From assembly GCF_000315625.1 (NCBI RefSeq), contig NW_005434578.1, forward strand, positions 1-64,000: a DNA stretch of 64,000 bases, in the 5' to 3' direction. This document shows positions 1-10,844 of the stretch, piece by piece. The stretch's first letter is position 1. Each line of letters starts with the position of its first letter. A program made the translations under genes and the position numbers. Source of the DNA: Guillardia theta CCMP2712. Its lineage: Eukaryota > Protista > Cryptophyta. The notes below the pieces were generated by a model. The model searched no databases and was not told the origin of the DNA. It saw nothing but the letters and a program-made list of their open reading frames with translations.

Positions 1-1347
1 TCTCACGCCTCCCTCCCTCCCTCCCTCCCTCCCTCCCTCCCTCCTCCCCTTTCCGCATCTGTCTCTCTCCCTCCCTCTTCCCCTCTTTCCAACCCTCCCT
101 CTCTCTGCCTTCACCTTGCTCCTGAGCCAGGTCTGAATGTAATCATCTAGCGATGACCTACCGCCAACATGTCAAAATGGTTCTCATCAAACTGCTTGTC
201 AAGCCTCACTTGTCCACAGGTGTCCTAACGTCTGGTTGCGGCTGGATGGAATTTGTCGACTTGTCAGGTTTTGGAGGTCCGTTGAGTATCAGCTGAACAT
301 TCAGAAGACGAATCCAAGCAGAGACAATCTGAGGTAGCGATCTGTTAACAAACAGCCTGCAAGCATCCAAACATTTTGGCTCATCTCTTTCAATAAGCAA
401 CCTCGTCGCATGTCGTCACACCGCACCTCACCTCACCGCACCGCACCTCACCTCACCTCACCTCACATTACATCACATCACATCACATCACATGGCCCAT
501 CGAGTCCCATACCTCTTCACTGTTGGCTTCAAACACGTATCCCGCGGAGGAAGTCTGTACGTAGAAGGAAGCAAACTCGCTGTTGTCGAGGCGACTCAAG
601 CTCTTGATCTCTGAAACCTTGAGCGAGGGCCGTGGTGGAACTTGCCCGATGCTCAAAGGGTTGGAGAAGGACTCCATGCTTCCCTTGTCCATCCGAAACC
701 ACCTGCGCACCCTCAGGACATGAAGTCGGACTCATCCTACCATCCATCCTTCACCTGTTCCGCCACTCCGAGTTGGCTACGTCCTGCCTGACGAGAAGGA
801 AGCTGCCTCCCTGCGAGGACTCGAACGCCTGAACCTGTGTAAGGCTTCAGGAGGGACTGTCGATGGCGATCAGCAGAGCAGCCAGCAGAGGTCAACCTGC
901 AAGCCCCAGGCCATATGCATGGCGTGCCGAATCTTTCCTGCCTCCACGTTGCTGGCCTTGACAATAGCAAAACATCCATGGCTGTCATTCAGGAAACTTG
1001 AAACCAAAGTCAGGTGCAACCAGGGATAGGAAGGTGTCAAGGTACATATTGGTGTAGTCGGTGTGCTTGAGCTCAACAGCTCTCCAGGTCTTGTTCAGCA
1101 GCAAACTCTTCGCGCTGTTGGGCGTGGGATCGTAGGCGATCCCAACGTCTACAATGCGCCAGATCTCACAGCTGGAGTATCTCCTCCTCCCCACAGCATT
1201 CAGGTCTGTAGCTATCAACAGCATGGGGGGTGCGTCCCACTTTCCTGCAGCAGGAGCTCCGTCCTGCCTTGTGCTCGCTTGCAGCAGCGCTCCCGTTCCG
1301 CGATCCTGAGATTCGCCAGAGGAAGGAGAAAGACGCGGGCTGCGTGA
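1..1347 (+). CDS. Probable 3' part of a multi-exon gene, product unknown
   Basis: Short open segments bounded by plausible AG/GT sites on + (e.g. cag|gtctg ~130, acag|gtgtc ~219), separated by (CCCT)n and (CACCT/CACAT)n tracts. No recognisable domain; strand and extent uncertain. Confidence 0.3.
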
Positions 1348-1980
1348 GGAAGGGACAGTATGATTAGGAGCGGACTTCCTGTAGGGCCCGCCTCCACCAC
1401 CACCACCACCTCCTCCTCCTCCTCCTCCCGCACTGCCTGCTGGTCCGACCCCTCCTATCGCATGCCGCACGTTGGCGCTCCTCCATTGCTCCACCGCCCG
1501 CATTTGTTATTGAAGGTGCCCACCACGATAACCACCCCACGAGCTCTCATAAGGACCCTACCCCCATGACCCCAATGATATGGTACACTATCATCCTGCT
1601 GCACAGTGCGTTTTCACCCCCACCCACCGTATATGGATGTTTGTACTGTATGACTACCCCAAATGACCCCACCAATGAGGATCTGGTTACCGTCGGACCC
1701 CCTCAATTCAACCCCACCACCCCTTTCTATCAAGTTCCATCAGCACCCCACCCTTGACAAACTCAAAAAAAAAAAGTCAAAAGATGCTGCACTACCCCTA
1801 CATTTTCATAGACAGCGAAGGGTGGGTAGAGGGTGGGGGTCGAGGTTGAAACGGCTCGCTGAGACTTATCGAGAGGTGGGGGTAGGGAAAAACTTCAATT
1901 TAGAGGGGTCTGTCGTATGGGAATTTAGGGGGTACCAAAGTCAGCGAGGTCTAAATTGGAACGGGGTGGGTCCTTGCGCC

Positions 1981-2995
1981 ATGCTGGGATGGTTGAGCGA
2001 TGCGGCGGCGACGATGGTTTGCTGCAGCCTGGAGGAGAAGGAGGGACTGGAGAGACCGTCTCTCGTTCACATCCGTCCGTTTGATAGCCATCAGGTCTGT
2101 CAAATCAGCTAAAGCTCGGTCCAACGAGTTGAGAAAGCGTGAGATGAAGTGCGATAGATTAGCGACGTATTCCCACGTACCACTGCAGGGCTCGAGATCA
2201 GGAGAGTAGAATGTTGTTGGGATCATCACAGGATCTCATGTTGATAACTCACTCTCTCACCTAGTCACCTACTCCTGAGTCTTATGGCTCCCTGACGTTC
2301 TTATGCACAGGCCGACGAGCCATACAAACCACCCACGATGACACTCGGCTCGGTGGGGATCACCATCTCCACTATATCGCCGGATCGCCCCCTCAACGTT
2401 ACGTCTGTGGAAGCTGGAGGTTCTTGTCTTCTCAAGGACTTCAGATCCAAACCATGATGGTCCCAGGTCCTGCCGACAGGGCGGGGATGCAGGTGCAGGA
2501 TAAGCTTCTGCAGATTGATGGAATTGCATGCACAAGGTGATATCTTTCTCGCTCCCTCTGCTTCGGGGCATGCTGAACAAGGCTCAGCCCTAACGATGCC
2601 GTTCGCCTCTTCGCCCTCAACTCGTCAGCAGCAAACCCTGTGGCTGTACATGTTCTGCGAGACAAAGGTGATGACAAGCTTTTAGAGGTGACGATGTGAA
2701 GTGCAGAGAAATCTGAATAGATGCAGTGGATGGATCAGGGAGTTTGAAGCACGACGTCTTGGAATTGAAGATTCACAGGATGGCTGCTGTATCTGCCGCA
2801 AACTCACCTGGATCTTCAAAATACACAGAGTTTCACAGATCTCAAGCAGGTGCTCGAAACCCTTCGCTGAACTTTGAAGCTCCAAGAATCTCAGATGTTG
2901 AAGAGCTCAACGATGAGAACCAGCGTCAAGACAAGGCAACAGATGAGATTGAGAAGGGGGTAAGAACCGCGAACGTTGTGTTTTGCTTCCATTGA
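1981..2995 (+). CDS. PDZ-domain protein (multi-exon; 3' end approximate)
   Basis: Joining exons gives MLGWLSDAAATMVCC...TLGSVGITISTISPDRPLNVTSVEAG|GPADRAGMQVQDKLLQIDGIACT|LSPNDAVRLF...VAVHVLR, a typical PDZ signature (GPA.RAG...D.LL.IDG). Confidence 0.7.
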
Positions 2996-3625
2996 CAGTT
3001 GGCCGGGTACCAGCATGTGGATCATGATCCGACTCAAGCGAAAGTTCATGAGAGTGATTGGTGTTAAAAGCAGCAGCCTGGCGTTCTTCTTTCATCGTAT
3101 TCTTTTCCGAATTCAGTCCGAATCATCAGTTCACAGTGACCTTCCGCTCCCAAGCCTGATTATTTTTTTTTCACACGTTGACATGCATCATATTGAATAT
3201 TGTAAGTTACTTACCGTCAGTGTGGCTTAGCAATCTGTTACTGTGCGAAGTTTATATGGACTGACCGTCCTGTGCGAACTTAGTTCACCGTTGGACTGCC
3301 CTGGCACGGTGGCGGCGGCCGGCCACGCCGGGTCGGCCGGCACCCCCCGGGCCCGTGACCCCTGCAGTGCCTTGCCGGGTCCCGGAGTCCCACGGACGCC
3401 GCCGGACTCCGGGAGCCCGTCAAGCCTCCGCTGAGCCGGCGCCGCTGCCGGCCGCAGTCCGCAGTCCGGGCCGCGGCGGTCCCGGCTGAGTCGGCGGGGG
3501 CGGCCGCGTGGGCCAGCCCGGGCCCNNNNNNNNNNNNNNNNNNNNNNNNNNNNNNNNNNNNNNNNNNNNNNNNNNNNNNNNNNNNNNNNNNNNNNNNNNN
3601 NNNNNNNNNNNNNNNNNNNNNNNNN

Positions 3626-4088
3626 TTCCGAGGCACTGGCTTAACTAGTAACGGTTAACTCGTACGCCTGGTCACGCCTGACTCCGAGTGTGAGGCCCCG
3701 CCGGACCCCCCGGGCCACACTGTCTTGAAGTTCGTGACGTCAGCCTGTGCTGCCGCCCAGTGCCGCCGCGAAACTTCGAGTCCGATCGCCGAGATGAATA
3801 GTGACTCCCGGTCACTGCCGTCAGGCCGCCCGGCCGGCCGCCGCTAAGGGCCCCCCCCCCGGGGGCCCTTAGCGGCGGCCGGCCGGGCGGCCTGACGGCA
3901 GTGACCGGGAGTCACTATTCATCTCGGCGATCGGACTCGAAGTTTCGCGGCGGCACTGGGCGGCAGCACAGGCTGACGTCACGAACTTCAAGACAGTGTG
4001 GCCCGGGGGTCCGCCGGGGCCTCACACTCGGAGTCAGGCGTGACCGGCGTACGAGTTAACCGTTACTAGTTAAGCCAGTGCCTCGGAA
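3626..4088. repeat. Near-perfect ~463-bp palindrome (arms ~230 bp) next to an N gap
   Basis: ttccgaggcactggcttaactagtaacggttaactcgtacgcc at 3626 is the reverse complement of ...ggcgtacgagttaaccgttactagttaagccagtgcctcggaa ending at 4088. The centre is a C-run/G-run at ~3857. Confidence 0.9.
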
Positions 4089-4564
4089 GGCGGCCCGCGG
4101 GGCCTGCGGCCTTCCCGGATGATTGCCATCGGACCGCCCGGCGAGGCCCCCGGGACTCGCCGGCCCGGTAACGGTACGGTCACTGTCATAGTACACACAC
4201 CGTGGCACCCCGGGCCCCGGGCGGCGGGCACCGTGAGTCACGGCCGGCCGGGCGCGCGGCGGCCCGCCGGATCCGGGGACTCGGGAGTCCGCCATGCCCG
4301 GCCACCGGGCCCGGGCCTCGCGCCCGGACCGTGAGTCAGGACTCCGGGAGGCTTGGACTCAGGCTCCGGGATCGGACTCCGACCGGCTCCGGGATCGGAC
4401 TCCGACCGGCCCGGTGACGGCGGCGGCCGGGCCGCCGGGGGCGGCTCCCAGTCACTGTCCGGCGTACCGTACTACGGTAACTTGAGTCACGGTGAGCGCG
4501 GCGGCCCGACGGTCGGAGGCCCGGGCGGCTGAGAGCCGAGGCCGCCCCCCCCGTTGATAGAGAC

Positions 4565-4718
4565 TCTTTACTCAAAGTTAAGTTAAAAATCAGTACGAGG
4601 ACAATCAGGAGAGTCGAGGAGGCTTGACCCTGACACTGTCGCACAGGCCAAACGGCGAGAAGAGAAAAGACAGCGAGAACCAAACCTAATCCTGCCGACT
4701 GCTGTCCCCCAAACTTAA
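4565..4718. repeat. 154-bp dispersed repeat, copy 1
   Basis: Matches 55214-55367 in the same orientation with one mismatch seen. Confidence 0.9.
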
Positions 4719-5786
4719 CGTTGATAAGTTTGGTTCGTAATCTTTTTTTTTTCCCGGAAGTTCGGAGGCTCTGCTGGTCAATTGGAGGCTGGAACTTCGG
4801 AACGGTCCGCTTTCCGATCGGACGGCCGGGCCGGGTACTAGTGACTAGGGTGGGGTGGAGTAGTGAAAGGTTGCCGCTGTGCGGTTCACGATCAGTTAGA
4901 GCAAGGCGAATATCTGATCTCTTTACTACTATTGGAGTCACTGGCGACTCTCAGCAGAGGGGGTGGGGGGTAGGGGGTGGACCTATCAGGATATTATCAT
5001 ATAAAAATTCAATTCACTGTAGAGGGCAACTTGACGGTAGTAAAGGTTGAAGTTTGGTAGTAGGGGTAGTCATGGGGGTTCATAATTTATGGTAACTAGA
5101 GTCTCACCAACGAAGAGAGCAGAAACCTTAAGAGCGCCTATAGATAAAAAGGGCTACTAGCTATCCTGGCATGCGGCCCCGTTTGTGCTGCGCTGTATGA
5201 TGGTGAACCTGATGATGACAGGGCGAATGACCGGTGGGTGGTCGCAAGTTGTAGTTGTGTTCCTACCAGCTAGGTCTCGTAGTGGGGTAGGGTCCTTGAA
5301 GGGCACCAGCAAAATGTGACAAAAGGAGAAGGGGGGGTTGTCCTTTAGAACAACAGGGGTAGTCTTGTCAAGTTCAAACCTGGTGGGTAGGGTGATCCTC
5401 TTTGGGGTAGGGGTAGGATCGTAGCGTCCTCTCTGTACATCAGGGGTGGGAGAGTTTGATTACTACGGGTAGTATCTTTGAAGCTATCACGGGGTGGTAT
5501 CACAAGGGAGGGTCCGGTCCCGGCATGCCGGTTGGAGTAATAGGAGAGGATAATGCAACAAGATGGAAGGAGGAGGAGAAGAGATCAGATGGTTGAGAAG
5601 ACAATCGAACACAAGCACGGTTGAGCTCTCAGTGACGTTCGAGGGATCGTTCGAGTCTTGAACGACATCTTTGCCAGGTCTCAGCTTACCAGACTCAGGC
5701 CTTAGAACGATGGGAGCTTGAGAAAACACAGAGAACCGGAGGGGGCGGAGAAATGTTGATGCAGGCAGGTTTGAGTGACAAGTTAA

Positions 5787-7483
5787 ATGGTTGAAGACGA
5801 TATGCCCACCAAATATGTGAAGGACCGTACATTAATGCTGAAAGACTCAGAAATCTGTGAAATCTCAGTCAGGTGGAGTGGATTCCGAAGAAGCCAGACT
5901 AGAACGAGGATGAGAGAGAGAGAGAGGATGCAATTCATGATGAGAAGGATTTTGAGTAGTATGTCAGTCCTGCCCGTCCACTGATGGTTATTTTTCATCA
6001 GTCTGACTCTTGAACTAAGTTGTTGATCAGTCTACATCGTCAATTCGAGCAGACATGACACAGAAATTCTCCGGGATATCTAGTGTGGACAAGCTTTCAG
6101 CCAGAGGCCGGGACGCCCTCGACGCAATACGGGAGGTACCACAAGATGCGCATGCTGTGCGAATGGTGACGGTGATTTCAAGGCTGCCGAGCGCATCGCG
6201 GCAGAGCACTACACCAGCACAGCATCGAACCGTTCGACATCACCGTGCGCATCCTCGCCGTGCTCCGCTGGGGACGAGGTCCAGGAGGACCTCACCGTGC
6301 TGCGACGGCACGAGAGGTAAGAGGCTCCGGTGCGGGGGCAGACGAGGAGGATGACAGCTACGCAGGCCCTCGACCGCCTCCATGATCTACCCTAAGGTCA
6401 GGCTGAGCTCCACCGGCAACATTGAGATCTTCTCCGACAAGAAGGTGGGACTGGAGAAGAGGGATCCGAAGAGGCAGACGTCCAACAAGGAAGATGCGTT
6501 CAAGTTGCGGCGGAACCCTCCCAAGCTAGCGATAGACTCCATCATTCAGAACTCCTTGAGTCCGGAAGGTTTCGCACGGATAGACTCAGACTTGAAGCTC
6601 GGCCGGTCAAGCTTCTGCATCAAGGGGCAAGATGACTCGTCGACTCCTGTTCCCGTCAAAGTGTACAACTGGTAACAACCCAGCGACGATCGTTGCCTGC
6701 TGCTGACTGTGCGGTCAGGATCAACTCAGAACTTGACTACTTGGATCAGAGACACTCTGAGAGCAGGTCTGCTGGAGGGGTTCTCTGCTGCTTTCCGCTT
6801 TTGAAGTTTTTTCGATAGGCGTCCGTCAGACACGACAGATACCAAGTCGAGCTCAAAGAACAAGGTATGAGTAGGTGCGCTCAAGGGTTCATGGGAGGTG
6901 ACGGGTGTGGTCTTTCAAGGGGAAGACGAAGTTTGTGAAGCGGCGAGGAAACAGCTCTCCGCTGATACAGTGGATTGAGTCGAGAAAGACGAGGCCGGAC
7001 CCCGAGGCTTCAACCCCATCGTCGGCAAGGCACGCGCAGAGCTGCAAGAGAATCAAAGGCTCCCCTTTGGAAGAAGCAGCAAAGAGGAGCCCAAACACTG
7101 GCAACGACGGATCTCTCAGCGCAAGGTGCATTGGTGGGGGTCAGGCTGCGGATAGGTCCCCTAGATTCTCCCTGTCTTTACAGCTGCTGGACGCCCAGGC
7201 GACAAGAAACCTCAAGACGCTTCTCAGCATGCGGTTGTCGTCGACGCAGAACGGAAGGCACCTGAGCCTCAGGTCTCAGCACACGGGCGATCAGCAGGGC
7301 AGGAGAGATGGGTCCATCACCGCTAGACGAAGCGGGAGCGAGGGAGGGGTTGGCGCAACGATGGTAGACCTCCCCCAGTGCTTCAGTCACTGGTGCAGTG
7401 AGGCAACCAAGGGTCCTAGACAGTTCACAGCCTTCCTACACAAAGCTCCTCTTGCTCCTCTCCTTCGGAGTGACCTTGGGTGA
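5787..7483 (+). CDS. Hypothetical multi-exon protein
   Basis: Series of + ORF pieces ending at GT donors (MVEDDMPTKY..., ...DALDAIRE|, MIYPKVRLSSTGNIEIF..., final ORF to 7483). No domain recognised. Confidence 0.4.
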
Positions 7484-7547
7484 TACACTCAGAAGACTAC
7501 TCGTCAGCTTTATTCTTTCTCTTTCATTCTCGATGTATCCACATAAA

Positions 7548-9414
7548 TTACAACCTGCATTCTGATTTCAAAGTGACTTCTCCAGCATAATCTCCCCCTC
7601 TTTCATCTTTCATCGAGTTCCCCTTGCAGTTGCACTCGCAGCCGAAGAATATGAGGTCTTTATGGGGGAGAGAGTCTTTGAGCAGGTGGTAGCTGAACAA
7701 CCCGCCGCTCACACTGAAGCTGTTGAAGTTTCTGCTCCTCAGCGTCCAGGTCGCTTCACAAGAAAGCTCCGAATCCTCGCAGTAGACGTAGACCAGAGAT
7801 TTCTGCTTGATATGGTCCAAAGACGCGTCCAGGGAGCTCAGGGGAACATTGATCGAACCCGGAACGTGGAACTGGTTGTAACCCTCCTGTTCCCTGACAT
7901 CGATCAAGATACAGTCTGCCGTCACCTTTGACCTCGTCTTGTCAGCACAGTCCAAGTTCAGAACCTTTTCCCAGGAGATGAGAGGACAGTCCATCCGGAG
8001 CGAGTCCGAGCCGATGGCTCCAACCCTGTTAATAGGATGTTCTCCGGCCTTGCACAGCTCGGAGCTCTCAAGGTCGAAAACTGTTTGGTGGCCCTGAATG
8101 GCAAGGGTGAAAGTGTCAAGAAGGCCAGCAACATCTCCTATCCCGATGCACTGAGCACCAATAACTGTTCCGTCTCCCTCTTTGAATAGCACTTTGAGGG
8201 AGTACGAAGTGATGTTACGAAATTTACAAGCGGAATCTGTCACGTAAATCTTTTGATAGGCGATGCCCTTCTGCCTTGCTTCTTCCTCATCAAAGCCAGT
8301 GACAGCTACAGCTTCTCCCAGAATCTGAAAGCTCTCGGTCATGCAAGAAGTTGTGATTGTGTTCTCGTGATGGAAAAGGTCGTCTGCGATGATGTGAGCC
8401 TATTTCGGGTGTCAGTCAAGAATGACACCAGGATGGTTGTTTACAACAAACCTGCCGCAAATATGCCAGCTCATGTGGTGTAATGCAGATATCGACTGAA
8501 GTCTCTGCTGATCTTCCCATAGCCCACACGCCTCGCTGCGTCGATTCCATCCTGTCGTTAACCATAACTGCACCAGACTGGCCGATGCGTATTCCGGCTT
8601 TCCTCGCAAGATCTGTCTCCGGATGATATTCGATACACAAGATCACGAAGTCAGCACGATGGATCACGCCTGTCTCGGATACAATTTCGACTTGTTCCAT
8701 GTTTTCCCTGATCTCGCACAACGTTTCCTTCAGAGTGATTCCAACTCCTCTCTGCCGAATGCGATTATGGAGCATCTCTGCCATATCTGCAAACCAAACA
8801 GAAAACATCACTACCATCCTTAAATATGACGATGACAAACACTTGCCAGTGTCCAGTTTTCCGTAGACCTTTGAGCCGCTGTGTAGAATCTCGACCTGGT
8901 CTTTGACTGCGTGTGCTTCGCACAATCCTTCTGCCATCTGCAAAGACAGCAAACTTTCCCCCATGACGATAACCTTTGATGGAGATTGTTCCTGCATCTG
9001 AGCGACAAGGCTTGACAAGTCGTCATGCGTTCTACACTTGAACACTCTAGGGATCTCATGCCAAGCAATATTCCCATCGGTTGCTTCAATGTTGGAAGAG
9101 AGAATCAACGCATCATAGTTCTCTGTGTATGAGTAATTTGCTGCAATGTCGTGCAGATGGACGTGCTTCGTCTCTGCTTCAATAGAGTGGATTTCAGAAA
9201 ATCTCCTTATCTCGATTCCTAGATCTTGTAGGTAGCTTTCGTCAACAAAAGTCTGCTCTGTGTCACCTTGGTGCCTGCTGCTAGCTGGGACCATGCTCAG
9301 GCATATCGAAGACCCTCTTTCAATAACAAGCACGGTAGATGTATTGTCGATCTCCTTGATCCGACATGCCAGCACTATTCCATACGGCGCTCCACCCACT
9401 ATTATTGCTTTCAT
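7548..9414 (-). CDS. Divergent pyridine nucleotide-disulfide oxidoreductase (CoA-disulfide reductase-like) with C-terminal rhodanese domain; two introns
   Basis: MKAIIVGG N-terminus, ENYDALILS, PETDLARKAGIRIG, VNDRMEST..GVWAMG, dimerisation domain VIGAQCIG...TVFDLESSEL, rhodanese LIDVRE...HVPGSINVPL...VYC. Introns at 8787-8846 (GC-AG) and ~8400-8451. Confidence 0.85.
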
Positions 9415-10844
9415 GTTCGAAGCGCCCCAACCTGTTCAAAACCTCCATCACAAACTGCAGTCTAAAGTTCCATGAGATCATCAAGCTGCAAGGCTGGGAT
9501 CAAGTTTCTATCATGTATCCTTGTAATCACTGAGTGTTATTTGTGCGTGAGGTATGATTTGATCTCGCTTGTCGGTCTTCATTGTCTCAATTGCTGCAAC
9601 AGTACTCTGACGACACTTCATGGATCCAAACATCTCACATCCAACTGCGGAGTTCTGTCCTTATCATGGGTTCCGCTAGACTCTCCTACGTTATCAGCAA
9701 CATATACAAATGGAAAGATGCTCGATGATGGCCCGATCTCATATCCCCACTCGCATCGGAAAATTTCCTGTCTACCCATCCTGCAACCCTGATCCCTTTC
9801 TTCTATTCTAGTATCATGCACCAATGATCCCTGGACTTCTCCATCTTCGTCTCTACAACATTCACTGCCTGAGCATACAAGATCTCCTTAGTGCGCTCGT
9901 ACGTGCTTGCCGCATGCCCTTCGGCATCGTCAGATCCCTTGACTGCCATCCACCATGGCTCCCTGAACAAACAACCCCACCCTACCATTCTACTAATAAA
10001 TCCATGTTCTTCACTACCCCACCACCTTTAATATTTTACCATCCCTGTATGATAACCCTTTACCGTGAATTGGTACCCCAGTACCCCTCCTTGTCCTAAT
10101 TCCTACCCCTACCTAGATAGCTATCTTCGCCAGACCGGGTCCTCACTCACCGGTACTGCCAGCCCCACCCCCACCTCATCGGAACTTGCCCATTGAAACC
10201 CCATCTATTCGATCTATCCATCCACCCCCTACCCCCTGTCAACATATATGATACACCCCTTCCTTCCCAACAATCCTTCCGACCCTCCTTCCAGCACACC
10301 CCTGCATTCCCCCACCCCTTCCTGAAATCCTCCAAAAGCCCCTACCATCTTTTTTTCGCACCACCCCTTCTTCTGAGCAGGATTACCCAACTTCCTGTGC
10401 ACCAACAGGTCGCCCAGAATGTTCAAACTTTGTGGTGAACTTGAATAGTTTGGTCTAAATTTGAAATAATAAAAAGCATTTGCTCTGTTGCACGAATATT
10501 CTCCTTTCCGCCACCACCCCCACCCCCCTTCCTCCGTTCTAGAGATGCGACTGTCATCAAGGCTACGAATTACGAAAATTTACGAAAAAAAATAAAAAAA
10601 ACCCTTAGTGGTGTGTAAAACAACAATGAACTAAAGGTGGACTGATAGCCCCGGCTCCGGTCCGAACCTGGAAGGCCCGGACACGAAATACAGGGGGGTA
10701 GGGTACTTTCGTTGAGTTTGAGAAGGGGTGATTTTTCGTATGAATCCGGGGGTGATTGAAGGTAAGTTCAAAACTATGGTGGGTAAGGTGGTAATCAGTG
10801 GGTCTAAAGCCATGGCAGAGTTTGTGGGTAGGAGGAACAAGGCG

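Noticed and set aside
3280-4941. Pro/Gly/Arg/Ala-rich ORFs in GC islands (also 34215-34628, 42247-42805, 50018-50374)
   Set aside because: Open frames are expected at this GC content; no domain motifs or splice structure.
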